A stretch of DNA of 64,000 nt from a virus: positions 817-64,816 of IMG/VR virus record IMGVR_UViG_3300009999_000003. One strand, written 5' to 3'. The notes under the pieces are model-generated. The model was not told where the DNA came from. It did no database searches and was given only the letters and a program-made list of their open reading frames with translations. Below, piece after piece: positions 37,303 through 46,565 of this stretch. The first letter of the stretch is position 1; each line of letters begins with the position of its first letter. The translations under genes were made by a program, and so were the position numbers.

Positions 37303-37473
37303 ATGGTACTTACAGCTTGGATTTTATTCTTATTCTTTGGATTTTTCACACTTCACGGACTGATTAACTTCTTATTTTCAGGTCTCAATGATGCGCAAGT
37401 GGTAGTGTTCTTTCTATCCGTATTTATCACAGCAGTATCCGCAGGTGTTATCTGGGGAGGATTGTTCCAATGA
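37303..37473 (+). CDS. Small membrane protein
   Basis: Two hydrophobic segments. Confidence 0.65.
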   Translation: MVLTAWILFLFFGFFTLHGLINFLFSGLNDAQVVVFFLSVFITAVSAGVIWGGLFQ

Positions 37474-37703
37474 ATCTGACTGGATCATTCAAGGTTATTG
37501 AAGTCTTAAAGAAGACGCAGGCAGTTTTCTTCAAGCAATTGAAAGCAGGAGATGAATTTGATCTCTCATATGATCTGAACGGAGGATACAACAGTTCTCC
37601 TCAGATTGAAATCGTTCAAAACGGAGTAGTTGTTCACAAGAACGATGGACTTCAACTTCGAACTAATCTTGAAAAATTCAAGATTGAGCAGGTTGTCAAA
37701 TGA
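37470..37703 (+). CDS. Hypothetical protein
   Basis: 77 aa, ATGA overlap. Confidence 0.7.
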   Translation: MNLTGSFKVIEVLKKTQAVFFKQLKAGDEFDLSYDLNGGYNSSPQIEIVQNGVVVHKNDGLQLRTNLEKFKIEQVVK

Positions 37704-38017
37704 GTGAAATTCAAACTCAAGAGATGGTGACAATATCAATCGATCGATACAACAAGCTATTGGAGATTGAAAGAGAGGTTGACTCAGCAAAGTCTCGAGC
37801 TAATTATGAACGAGCTGAATTGGCTAGGAAGGTTGATAGCTTGTACTCACTCGAATACATTCCGCCTAGAAAGATTATGTATGTGCGGATTGACAAGCTG
37901 AACCTACTAGGACTACTGGGACTGAACTTCAAAAAAGAGGATGAGATTAATCAGGTGTACTTCGAATTCGAGGACAGAGGAATCTTTTTCGACAGCGATA
38001 TGGGTAGACGCTTTTGA
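37700..38017 (+). CDS. Hypothetical protein
   Basis: 105 aa, ATGA overlap. Confidence 0.7.
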   Translation: MSEIQTQEMVTISIDRYNKLLEIEREVDSAKSRANYERAELARKVDSLYSLEYIPPRKIMYVRIDKLNLLGLLGLNFKKEDEINQVYFEFEDRGIFFDSDMGRRF

Positions 38018-38175
38018 AGAACAGAATTGTATATGCCAATTTGAAGATAGGTAGATTCTTTGATATGCGGTGTGTAGATAAAGTACACACAACCATTAAG
38101 AAGATGGAGGCAAAAGGTGAGGTTCAAATATTTTTGGATGAGCGTGATCTCCTTTCTGCCGTAGCCAGTAACTAA
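38014..38175 (+). CDS. Small hypothetical protein (53 aa)
   Basis: TTGA overlap with upstream stop; open to TAA 38175. Confidence 0.5.
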   Translation: MKNRIVYANLKIGRFFDMRCVDKVHTTIKKMEAKGEVQIFLDERDLLSAVASN

Positions 38176-38194
38176 TAAAATGACGGTTTCATTA
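38173..38194 (-). repeat. TAATGAAA-N6-TTTTATTA site, copy 2 (reverse)
   Basis: TAATAAAA TGACGG TTTCATTA. Confidence 0.7.
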
Positions 38195-38213
38195 AACATT
38201 TGGGGGAATTAAA

Positions 38214-38432
38214 ATGCGACGAATCGACGAAGTGAAGAATAAGAAAATGGTCAATATCAAACACGTAAAAGTATTAGGCAAAAATCGAATCCGGATCACA
38301 TTCCGAAACGAGGAGTTCATTGAACTGACGGCTCAGCCTGAAGACTTCGTCGGAGATTGTGGCATCTACATCACCGTTGACAATTTGGAACAGCGTCAAA
38401 AGGCAACGGCTAAGAAAGGGGTGACATCATGA
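38214..38432 (+). CDS. Hypothetical protein
   Basis: 72 aa, GGGGG RBS. Confidence 0.7.
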   Translation: MRRIDEVKNKKMVNIKHVKVLGKNRIRITFRNEEFIELTAQPEDFVGDCGIYITVDNLEQRQKATAKKGVTS

Positions 38433-38689
38433 AGTATCTAATTTGGATAAATCTTGGATGTGAGACTGGAAGTCCACAGCGAATACAGAGCTATTACGAA
38501 ATATGCGAAGGAGACACTGAAGAAGAGGCTATTAATAAGTGGCTTGAACAAACTGGATTAAACAAGTACGCAGATATCAGCATCCGAAAAACCGAGAATG
38601 GATGGTACTGCGATGGTCGTAAGCTCAATGTATTCCACCTTATTGAGAATAATGGTTATGAAGACTGGAAGACACTTGAATGGAAGTAA
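38429..38689 (+). CDS. Hypothetical protein
   Basis: 86 aa, ATGA overlap. Confidence 0.7.
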   Translation: MKYLIWINLGCETGSPQRIQSYYEICEGDTEEEAINKWLEQTGLNKYADISIRKTENGWYCDGRKLNVFHLIENNGYEDWKTLEWK

Positions 38690-38705
38690 AGAAAGGAGTG
38701 ACATC

Positions 38706-38819
38706 ATGAAGAAACTTATCGGAGCTTGGATGCTTTTAGTAATAGCAATGGTAGTAGGTATCTGGGGAGCATTTTTCTATGCCGGATACAAAATCTTACA
38801 ACATTTCGGAATCATGTAA
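38706..38819 (+). CDS. Small membrane peptide (37 aa)
   Basis: AAGGAG RBS, single TM. Confidence 0.65.
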   Translation: MKKLIGAWMLLVIAMVVGIWGAFFYAGYKILQHFGIM

Positions 38820-38837
38820 AAGTGGAGGGTTAATACA

Positions 38838-39407
38838 TTGGATTTTTTAATTGCAGACACACATTATCTTCACAAGAATATCTTGAACTTCGAGAAGAAG
38901 ACTCGAGGACAGTTCGAGACTGCTGAGGAAATGACCGAGTATATGATCGATGCATGGAACTCAGTTGTATCAGATGGAGATACCGTTTATCACGACGGAG
39001 ATATTTCAATCAATGGTAGCTACGCAAAGATTGCTCCTATCTTAGAGCGATTAAACGGAAACATCATCCTCATTCAAGGAAATCATGATGATACGAAGGT
39101 GTGTAAGAAACTACTTGAAAATGGTCTTATCTCAGAACTTCACCGTGTCGGAATTGTACTGAAGCGAGATAAGCAGTGCATGTGGCTTACTCATTATCCT
39201 ATGCAGATTGGATTACGAGAGCGGAAATGGTCGATTCATGGTCACATTCATTCGGAATTAAGTGACGATGCGAATCAGCTTAACGTCGGAGTGGATAGCT
39301 ACTTTATGAACGAGGTTCTCAAGGTTCCGTTCGGTCAACCTGTTCCACTCGACACTGTTGTCGAATACATGCTAAACAATCCAATTACTGTCGAACGTAG
39401 AAATTGA
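38838..39407 (+). CDS. Calcineurin-like metallophosphoesterase
   Basis: ADTH, GD, GNHD, HYP, HGHIH, NVGVD. Confidence 0.9.
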   Translation: MDFLIADTHYLHKNILNFEKKTRGQFETAEEMTEYMIDAWNSVVSDGDTVYHDGDISINGSYAKIAPILERLNGNIILIQGNHDDTKVCKKLLENGLISELHRVGIVLKRDKQCMWLTHYPMQIGLRERKWSIHGHIHSELSDDANQLNVGVDSYFMNEVLKVPFGQPVPLDTVVEYMLNNPITVERRN

Positions 39408-39428
39408 ATTCAAAGGAGCGAATTATCA

Positions 39429-39635
39429 ATGGAGACAACTAAATTAACAACACCTGTAGCGATTGGAAACACATTCTCTCAAGTAGATCCAAGCATCATT
39501 TTCTGTGGCAAGGATCATAAGGAAATTTTAAAACTTACACCAACCGGAGATATCTATGTTAATGGTCGACTTGCAGAGAATGATAAAAGCGTAGTGGACG
39601 GATTGCGACGTTTTCTTAAGGTGCAAGGATTCTAA
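39429..39635 (+). CDS. Hypothetical protein
   Basis: 68 aa, AAGGAG RBS. Confidence 0.7.
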   Translation: METTKLTTPVAIGNTFSQVDPSIIFCGKDHKEILKLTPTGDIYVNGRLAENDKSVVDGLRRFLKVQGF

Positions 39636-39691
39636 TTAGGAGCAATGTAAAAACGAAATTACAAAACATACAGAATCAGGAGATGTAAACA

Positions 39692-40093
39692 ATGAATTTT
39701 AAAAAGACAATTTTTTCAGCGATTATCGCTTTATCAATCTTGGCACTAACTGCTTGCGGAGCTACTGAAGCCGATACGGTATCGGAAAACTTATCAAAGT
39801 CCGCAGACTCTTTTGAGGTACAACGGAAGATCGTGTTCTTCAATGGCATTACGGACAAGTACTTGCTAACAATCGAAGGATTATGTGCGTTAGATACCGA
39901 TAGCTCTAAGAAGCTTACTGTAACTTGTAAGGTCGGTAAGAAGAAGTATAAGAAGCACTATCTTGGATTGAGCGACAACGTCAGTTACTTCGTTGAGCAG
40001 ACTGATGCTAAGTTTGAAGATTCATTCCACTATAAGGTCATTTTCCGACCAGAGTCAATTGTTCCGGATGTAGATCTTCAGACGAGCAAATAA
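39692..40093 (+). CDS. Conserved phage lipoprotein
   Basis: LTAC lipobox; ADSFEVQRKIVFFNGITDKYLL..KHYLGLSDNV family motif. Confidence 0.85.
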   Translation: MNFKKTIFSAIIALSILALTACGATEADTVSENLSKSADSFEVQRKIVFFNGITDKYLLTIEGLCALDTDSSKKLTVTCKVGKKKYKKHYLGLSDNVSYFVEQTDAKFEDSFHYKVIFRPESIVPDVDLQTSK

Positions 40094-40404
40094 GCATGAT
40101 CGATGAGTTGATTATGAGACTCAAAGCAGAGAATATACCTACCTTCTCTATGTCTGAGAGTCAATTGTCTAGAGCGAACGAAATTATAAAAGAGATTTCA
40201 GATAGAGATCTGCTACAGGAGGATGATTCGAATGAAGACACAGGAGTTAATCGACTTTCTCTTGACGTGTGACAGAGAGAAAGAGGTAGAGATCTTCTCT
40301 TTATCAGGCAACTATGAAGAAATCGAACGCATCGAAGAAGGCAGTGATGTAGTTACCATTGGTAGCTGTTGAAAATCAACGACCAAATCGAAGGGATGAT
40401 CAGG

Positions 40405-40920
40405 GTGGAATTAACGAAGATTCGTGAACTAAGCATTGCTAATAAGAAGTCACTGGAGCAGATCGGACTAAAGCTGTCAGAGGAAACTGGAGAGGTCTCA
40501 CAAGCACTCCTGTCATATATCGGTGCCAATGGTAGCGAATATAAGAAATTAGGTTCCGAAGATGTAAAGGAAGAGTGTATCGATGTCGTTATGGTTGCCC
40601 TTTCTCTATTCTATAAGATTGGTGGAACAGATGAAGAGCTGTCTTCTGTTATAAACAAGAAAACGGAGAAATGGGAAGAACTATCCGTTGATAAAACGGA
40701 ACTCGAAGAATTGAGCGAACTGGTCAATAGTTGTGTCGGCAAGAGATTCTTTTACAAGGTGGGCGAAGGAGAGGATCGAGTTGCTACTTGTGTGGCTATA
40801 TCTATGGATTATCGGAATCGTGATAAATCAGAGATTGTTCGTCCTTTAATCATAGGAATCTCTCCATATGGACACTCTGTCAGACTTTACAGAAGCGAAA
40901 TCTCATATTTTGAAGATTAA
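40405..40920 (+). CDS. MazG-like NTP pyrophosphohydrolase with C-terminal extension
   Basis: KLSEETGEV...EECIDV; start uncertain. Confidence 0.8.
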   Translation: MELTKIRELSIANKKSLEQIGLKLSEETGEVSQALLSYIGANGSEYKKLGSEDVKEECIDVVMVALSLFYKIGGTDEELSSVINKKTEKWEELSVDKTELEELSELVNSCVGKRFFYKVGEGEDRVATCVAISMDYRNRDKSEIVRPLIIGISPYGHSVRLYRSEISYFED

Positions 40921-40933
40921 AGGAGCGATTAGA

Positions 40934-41251
40934 TTGAATAGTCAATTAGAAGAATGGCGTGAACGTTGGGCAGACGGAGATACAAAGTTCGTTCCAGAGT
41001 TATTCGAAAAGCTAGAAGAGTACGAGCATTCTGGAAGACGCACAATTTACAAAGATCAGTTCGTCGGCATTCGTATCTATGGCTTCTGTGAAGGTTACTT
41101 TGGTAGCCGATCATATAGCGACAAGACAATTATTGCAAGCGGTGATAATTGGATCGTTGGGAAGACAGATTATGGCGATATCGAGCTTGCCACTTTTGGT
41201 AGATGCGACAACATGATCAAGCTTATTAACAAATGGCAGGAGAGCGAATGA
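40934..41251 (+). CDS. Hypothetical protein
   Basis: AAGGAG RBS before TTG. Confidence 0.7.
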   Translation: MNSQLEEWRERWADGDTKFVPELFEKLEEYEHSGRRTIYKDQFVGIRIYGFCEGYFGSRSYSDKTIIASGDNWIVGKTDYGDIELATFGRCDNMIKLINKWQESE

Positions 41252-41445
41252 GGGAATTGTTTCTTTTACCTACTATCGGTTTCATGTTAGCGACAATCAC
41301 ATTCTACTGGACTACAACAATGAATGCTTATGAATCGTTACTAGCAGGAGTCATTGCAGGGAGTGGCATGTTTTTAGTAGAGTCAAGCACATCGGACTCT
41401 AAAATTGATTAAACAATAAAGGGTTTAATTTAGGAGGAACTAAGA

Positions 41446-41706
41446 ATGCGACCAATTTACAACGTCACAGCAAGAACATCTGTCAAAGTCAACATTGAGC
41501 CATCCGATATCGCACGTATATTGAATGAGGAGAGAGAGAGAGTAGCAGGTGGCAGAGACTACTATATCAGTTCTGATGGGACAATCATGAATGGTGGAGG
41601 ACGATGGGCAGAGAAAGAAGGAGACGCAACAGAAGAGCAGGCAAGGCTTTATGAAGCGCTTAAAATCTCTGCAGAATATTTCAGAAAAATGGAGGATCGA
41701 TTATGA
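41446..41706 (+). CDS. Hypothetical protein
   Basis: 86 aa, GGAGG RBS. Confidence 0.7.
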   Translation: MRPIYNVTARTSVKVNIEPSDIARILNEERERVAGGRDYYISSDGTIMNGGGRWAEKEGDATEEQARLYEALKISAEYFRKMEDRL

Positions 41707-41792
41707 ATGACAATCCAATGGCAGGAGTATTATTCTTTTCAATCATTATGATGTTACTTTGCTATCTTGTAACGATCTGAGGAGGAAACGAT

Positions 41793-42056
41793 TTGTCGAA
41801 TAAACGAGAGATGAAGAAGTATAAAATCATGTTTTACAATCGCTTTGCCAATCAGACTCAAACTTTCTTTATACAAGCAGAGTCTGCGCTAAAGGCTGTA
41901 AGGTCGTTCTATTTAAAACATAGTCGCAAAGCGTATCATCCTTGTATTGAGTTAATCATGGAATACAGAGAGCCAAAGTTTTGGACAGAAGAAGAGATTA
42001 TTTCGCAATTGGAACGAAGACAAGATCAAGTAAGGAGAAACGGATGGAAAAGATAG
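41793..42056 (+). CDS. Hypothetical protein
   Basis: 87 aa, GGAGG RBS. Confidence 0.65.
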   Translation: MSNKREMKKYKIMFYNRFANQTQTFFIQAESALKAVRSFYLKHSRKAYHPCIELIMEYREPKFWTEEEIISQLERRQDQVRRNGWKR

Positions 42057-42217
42057 ACGATATTTTTTACGCTCTCATGATATATATGGCAATCGGTGCC
42101 GTATGGATGCTAGCGGAGAAGCTGATTTATGGTCAGACATTCCCAAACATAGGCGATGACTTTATCGCATTAGGATTAGCGATCATAATCTATTCGATTT
42201 GGAAATGGATCGGATAA
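42044..42217 (+). CDS. Small membrane protein
   Basis: AAGGAG RBS; two TM. Confidence 0.65.
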   Translation: MEKIDDIFYALMIYMAIGAVWMLAEKLIYGQTFPNIGDDFIALGLAIIIYSIWKWIG

Positions 42218-42231
42218 TAGGAGGAATAAAG

Positions 42232-42705
42232 ATGAGTAAGTTTATTGCATATTGCGATGGTGGATGCCGTGGCAATCAGGAAAAAGATAACGTAGGTGGT
42301 TGGGGAGTAGCTATCTCTTACGGTACCCATAAACATGAGATTCGTGGTGGAAAGATTGGCACTACGAATAATCAAATGGAGATTCAGGCAGTCATTAGCG
42401 CTCTCAAGTCGGTACGGGGCGCAGGACATATAGAGATGGAAATCTACTGCGACAGTGCATACGTGGTGAACTGTATGAATCAAGGATGGATGCTTAACTG
42501 GATTCGGAATGGTTGGAAGAACTCCAAGAAAGAGCCAGTCAAGAATAAGGATTTATGGTTGGAGCTAAATAAGTTGGTCAATGAGCGGAGATGTACTCCA
42601 AAGTTTTTCAAGGTGAAAGGTCATTCTGGAGTAGAGCTAAACGAACGTGCTGATCAGTTGGCAAATGAGGCAATGGATGAGATTCAAGCGAATCTCGTAA
42701 CGTAA
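42232..42705 (+). CDS. rnhA: Ribonuclease HI
   Basis: YCDGGC.GN, TTNNQME, DSAYV, KNKDLW, KVKGHSG..NERAD.LA. Confidence 0.95.
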   Translation: MSKFIAYCDGGCRGNQEKDNVGGWGVAISYGTHKHEIRGGKIGTTNNQMEIQAVISALKSVRGAGHIEMEIYCDSAYVVNCMNQGWMLNWIRNGWKNSKKEPVKNKDLWLELNKLVNERRCTPKFFKVKGHSGVELNERADQLANEAMDEIQANLVT

Positions 42706-42723
42706 TCCAACTAAACAAAAGTA

Positions 42724-42752
42724 TTGCAAATAAGAAGCGCCTCTTTTATAAT
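42724..42752 (+). promoter_or_regulatory. sigmaA promoter of primase overlapping 18-bp motif
   Basis: TTGCAA-17-TATAAT. Confidence 0.8.
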
Positions 42753-42792
42753 TAAGTGGTTAAGTATAAATAGATAAGGTGATTGATGCGCA

Positions 42793-43869
42793 ATGAAAGC
42801 AAGTGAACTAAAAGAGTATTTATCAGGAAATCATGAAAGAATCTCGAAAGTGATGGAGGCTCTTGGAATCCATAGAATTTGGGAAACAGGAGATGAGTTG
42901 CGTGGGGCGCCTCCGGAGTCTGATAATCACACCGCCATCTCTGTCAACGTAGATACCTTGTTCTGCTCATACTACAAAAGCGGTGAAGCATTCCGAGGGG
43001 ATATAATCTCTCTTGCCGAGCTTTTGCGAAAAGAGTCATTCAAGGAATCGATACGTTTTATCGGTAATCTTTTTGGATTGTCGACATCAGGATTCAGGAA
43101 GAGCAATAAGGTCGATCCGCTTCAGAGATTCAGGGACATCAGCAAACGATCTAAACCCGTAACTGACTTGGATGAGGTAGAGGTTGCGAAGTTCGGCATG
43201 GAGCCTTTGAGAGACTTTGTCATGGTTCCCCATGTCAGTCTTCTTTACGAGGGGATTACTCCGCAAACATCTGAGGTTTTCAAGGTTGGATATGATCCTA
43301 AGATGGATCGAATTATCTTCCCTCATTTTAGCTATGATGATGCAGGTTCGATAGTTGGAATAACAGGTCGAACTACTCGATCAGCTCATGAGATTGAGCA
43401 ATTCAAGATTCCGAAGTACTGGAACTACATTAAAGGATACAAGAAAATCTATAACATCTATGGATTCAGTCATTCGATTAAATATGTGGAAGAGAATGGT
43501 ATGTTCGTTATCTTTGAAGCGGAAAAAAGTGTTCTCAAGAACTGGAGTCAAACAAGAAACCGTGGATTTTCCGGTGCCGTGGGTGGACATGAGATTGCGC
43601 CAACACAGGCACAGATCATTATGAAGCACCTCCCTTCTGATATAGAAGTTGTCATCGCATTCGACAAGGATGTCATGGAGATGAAGGACGATGATGGAAA
43701 CGATACTGGAGAGCAGTTCCTGATTAATCAGGCGAAGAAGTTTTCGAAATATCGAAAGGTTAGCTATGTATTTGATGATAAGAATTTACTGGACGCTAAC
43801 TCTTCACCAATTGACCATGGATACAAGGTCTGGATGAAACTATTATCTGAGAGGAGGTATGTAGAATGA
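42793..43869 (+). CDS. DNA primase (TOPRIM, YorJ-like)
   Basis: RIIFP..G.IVGI.GR, PKY, FEAEKS, AFDKD. Confidence 0.85.
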   Translation: MKASELKEYLSGNHERISKVMEALGIHRIWETGDELRGAPPESDNHTAISVNVDTLFCSYYKSGEAFRGDIISLAELLRKESFKESIRFIGNLFGLSTSGFRKSNKVDPLQRFRDISKRSKPVTDLDEVEVAKFGMEPLRDFVMVPHVSLLYEGITPQTSEVFKVGYDPKMDRIIFPHFSYDDAGSIVGITGRTTRSAHEIEQFKIPKYWNYIKGYKKIYNIYGFSHSIKYVEENGMFVIFEAEKSVLKNWSQTRNRGFSGAVGGHEIAPTQAQIIMKHLPSDIEVVIAFDKDVMEMKDDDGNDTGEQFLINQAKKFSKYRKVSYVFDDKNLLDANSSPIDHGYKVWMKLLSERRYVE

Positions 43870-44240
43870 TTAAGATTGAAAAGATGGATGACCTACTTTA
43901 TTGGTACAAAGCAAAGATTCATAGAGTAATTGATGGAGATACAGTTGTCTTTTCAGATATCGATTTAGGCTTCTCAGTTACGATGACTGGCAAGCATGGT
44001 CGACTACTGGGTATCAATGCTCCTGAGATCCATTCTAAGGACGATGATATTCGAACGAAGGCTGTGGAGTCACGAGAATACCTGATCAGTCGATTGACTG
44101 GAGAAGAGGTATATCTTCGTAGCAGAAGTATTGATAGCTTTGGACGGATACTCTGCGATATCTATTTGAACGATGAACACATCAACGAAACGATTAAGGT
44201 AAATGGCTACGCAGTGGAGTTTATGGTTAAAAGTAACTAA
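43866..44240 (+). CDS. Thermonuclease (SNase) family nuclease
   Basis: RVIDGDT, RLLGINAPE, DSFGRIL. Confidence 0.9.
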   Translation: MIKIEKMDDLLYWYKAKIHRVIDGDTVVFSDIDLGFSVTMTGKHGRLLGINAPEIHSKDDDIRTKAVESREYLISRLTGEEVYLRSRSIDSFGRILCDIYLNDEHINETIKVNGYAVEFMVKSN

Positions 44241-44271
44241 AAGAAAGTATTGCAAAAAAGGAGAAGGCAGG

Positions 44272-44475
44272 ATGCATAAATTCGCAGGCGTTCACTTAGC
44301 AACCTTTGAAGACGCTCAAGATTATCGTCGGATATATTCCCAGAATCTTGACGTAGATGATGAGGCGCTGAGTCGAAACAGCTTGAAAGCAATTAAAGAG
44401 TATGGTTTGAACCGTAGCTTTAATGAGCCACGAGACTACATGTTGGAAGGTAGTCGTGGAGAGCTGTACTACTGA
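44272..44475 (+). CDS. Hypothetical protein
   Basis: AAGGAG RBS, 67 aa. Confidence 0.65.
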   Translation: MHKFAGVHLATFEDAQDYRRIYSQNLDVDDEALSRNSLKAIKEYGLNRSFNEPRDYMLEGSRGELYY

Positions 44476-44494
44476 TTAGAAAGAAGGACTTTAT

Positions 44495-45133
44495 ATGGCA
44501 AAGCTTTACTATAGATATGGAACGATGGGATCTTCCAAGACAGCTCGTCTACTGATGGATGCATTCGAATACGAACAACGTGGTCAATTTCCACTTCTCG
44601 TCAAGCCAGTTGTAGACACTCGATCGGCTTCAGGGATGATTGAGAGCCGTGCAGGATTGTCGGCAAAGTGTTTAGACCTGCCACCAGATTATGATCTTTA
44701 CACTCATATTTCTCTACTTATTAAGGGCGGATTGGATGTCGCATGTGTATTTGTCGACGAGGCTCAGTTCTTGAGTCACTCGCAGGTGTTTGGTTTACGA
44801 CGAATCGTAGACGATTTATCCATTCCCGTCATGTGTTACGGATTGAAGACCGACTTCAAAGGTATGCTTTTCGAGGGTTCAAAGGCTCTACTGGAGCTTG
44901 CGAATCGATTTGAAGAGGTTAAGACAATTTGTCGAGTAGAAGGATGCAAGAGTAAGGCGATGTTCAATATCCGATATCTAGGAGACAATCCAGTGTTCGA
45001 AGGAAGTCCAGTGCTTGTTGGAGATACAAATACTGAAGCAGATAAAGAATATTATGTCGTAAAGTGTGCGAAACATTTCACCGAAGATGTAATGTCTTAC
45101 GTCAACAAAAAGGAAGAAGGTAGTCCCGAATGA
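44495..45133 (+). CDS. tdk: Thymidine kinase
   Basis: YGTMGSSKT, IESRAG, VDEAQFL, YGLKTDF..F.GS. Confidence 0.95.
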   Translation: MAKLYYRYGTMGSSKTARLLMDAFEYEQRGQFPLLVKPVVDTRSASGMIESRAGLSAKCLDLPPDYDLYTHISLLIKGGLDVACVFVDEAQFLSHSQVFGLRRIVDDLSIPVMCYGLKTDFKGMLFEGSKALLELANRFEEVKTICRVEGCKSKAMFNIRYLGDNPVFEGSPVLVGDTNTEADKEYYVVKCAKHFTEDVMSYVNKKEEGSPE

Positions 45134-46425
45134 GATTGTCTAGAGAACAACTAAATTACATCAAAGAGAAAATGGACGTAGAACAGCTATGGTCATTTTC
45201 GAAAGTAAGTACGTTCGATCAGTGTAAATGGCTATTCAAGCTTAAGTACATCGATAAGATCCGAGTCCGTGGAGACAGTTGCTACACTTTCTTTGGATCG
45301 CTTGCCCATGAAATCATTCAGGATTTCTATGAAGGGAAGTACACTTATGACCAAATGATCGTTAAGTTTGATGAAGAGGTGCTTAAGTGGAAGGTAGCGG
45401 ACGATCCTAAGCTACGTTTCAACACCGATGAGATTCGAGATGGGTATATCCTGAACATTCAAGATTACTTCCGAAATGTTAAGACGATTCCTCATGCTGT
45501 GATCAACGAGAGAGCTGTAATCGCTGTGTTTGAAGGACTGGAAAAGTACGTTTTCCAAGGCTACATTGATAGCGAGTTCCTAGATGACGAGGGCAACCTG
45601 ATCATCATGGACTACAAGACGTCGTCGATGTCTGGATTCACTGGCAAGAAGCTTCTTGAAAAGGCTCGACAGCTTATGATCTATGCCATTGGTATCAGTC
45701 AGCATGGTCGATTCTTTAATGGAGAAGTGATGCAGTTTCCGCTTGAAAAGATTAAAATTCGGTACGATATGATGAAGTACTGCAACGTGTCATTTCTGCA
45801 GAAGAATGGATCATTAAAGGTCACGAAAGCAGAGCGTCGTCAATGGGTGGCGCATATCTCCAATCAGATTCGAAAAGACTTGGAAGGCGTATCGAAAGAT
45901 ATCGAAAAGCTTGAGAAAGAGATTGCCAAGCTCGTCAAGAAAATGGGGATGAAGAAGACAACTCCGGAAGAAGCGGAAGGGTATCAAGTCGCATGCGGTG
46001 ATCTAGAGCAGGAAATCAAAGCTCTTCGTCTCGTAAATTTTGATCCGTTTAAAATCAGTGAGTTGGTCAGTGAATCTGCGTCTTCTAATTCTTTGTCTTG
46101 CCTACCTGAGTTTATTCAAAATAAGTACTCTGTCGACAATTGTATTATCGATGTCGATCTAACTGATGAGGTTATCTCAGAGTTCAAAGAGAGTCTCATA
46201 TCAACTCTGGATGAGATCATCACACGATCTAAGGAAGAGAATAAAGATGAGGCGTTCAACCGTGAACACATCAACAACGGAGACTCATTCTTCTGTGTAA
46301 ACCTTTGTGAAATGAAGGATCATTGCTCATTCTACAAAGAATTCAAAGAGCATAATGAGATGTTTGTCACCAAGCAAGAACAGCCTTCTGAAGAGGATTT
46401 ACTGGCTATGCTAGGCTTGTCGTAA
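45130..46425 (+). CDS. PD-(D/E)XK (RecB/Cas4-like) nuclease
   Basis: SFSK...C, G.ID, DYKT, QL.IYA, C-terminal C..LC...C. Confidence 0.85.
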   Translation: MRLSREQLNYIKEKMDVEQLWSFSKVSTFDQCKWLFKLKYIDKIRVRGDSCYTFFGSLAHEIIQDFYEGKYTYDQMIVKFDEEVLKWKVADDPKLRFNTDEIRDGYILNIQDYFRNVKTIPHAVINERAVIAVFEGLEKYVFQGYIDSEFLDDEGNLIIMDYKTSSMSGFTGKKLLEKARQLMIYAIGISQHGRFFNGEVMQFPLEKIKIRYDMMKYCNVSFLQKNGSLKVTKAERRQWVAHISNQIRKDLEGVSKDIEKLEKEIAKLVKKMGMKKTTPEEAEGYQVACGDLEQEIKALRLVNFDPFKISELVSESASSNSLSCLPEFIQNKYSVDNCIIDVDLTDEVISEFKESLISTLDEIITRSKEENKDEAFNREHINNGDSFFCVNLCEMKDHCSFYKEFKEHNEMFVTKQEQPSEEDLLAMLGLS

Positions 46426-46476
46426 CGTTCATTTGCACCGCTAAACAAAATATTTGAAATTACTTAAAAGAAAGTA

Positions 46477-46505
46477 TTGCAATTATGGTTTGGCGGTGAT
46501 ATTCT
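46477..46505 (+). promoter_or_regulatory. sigmaA promoter overlapping 18-bp motif
   Basis: TTGCAA-17-TATTCT with TG. Confidence 0.65.
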
Positions 46506-46565
46506 TTAGAAGTAGCAACGAGCAGTAAAAATCAAACACATTAAAATTCAGTGAGGAGAATTAAC

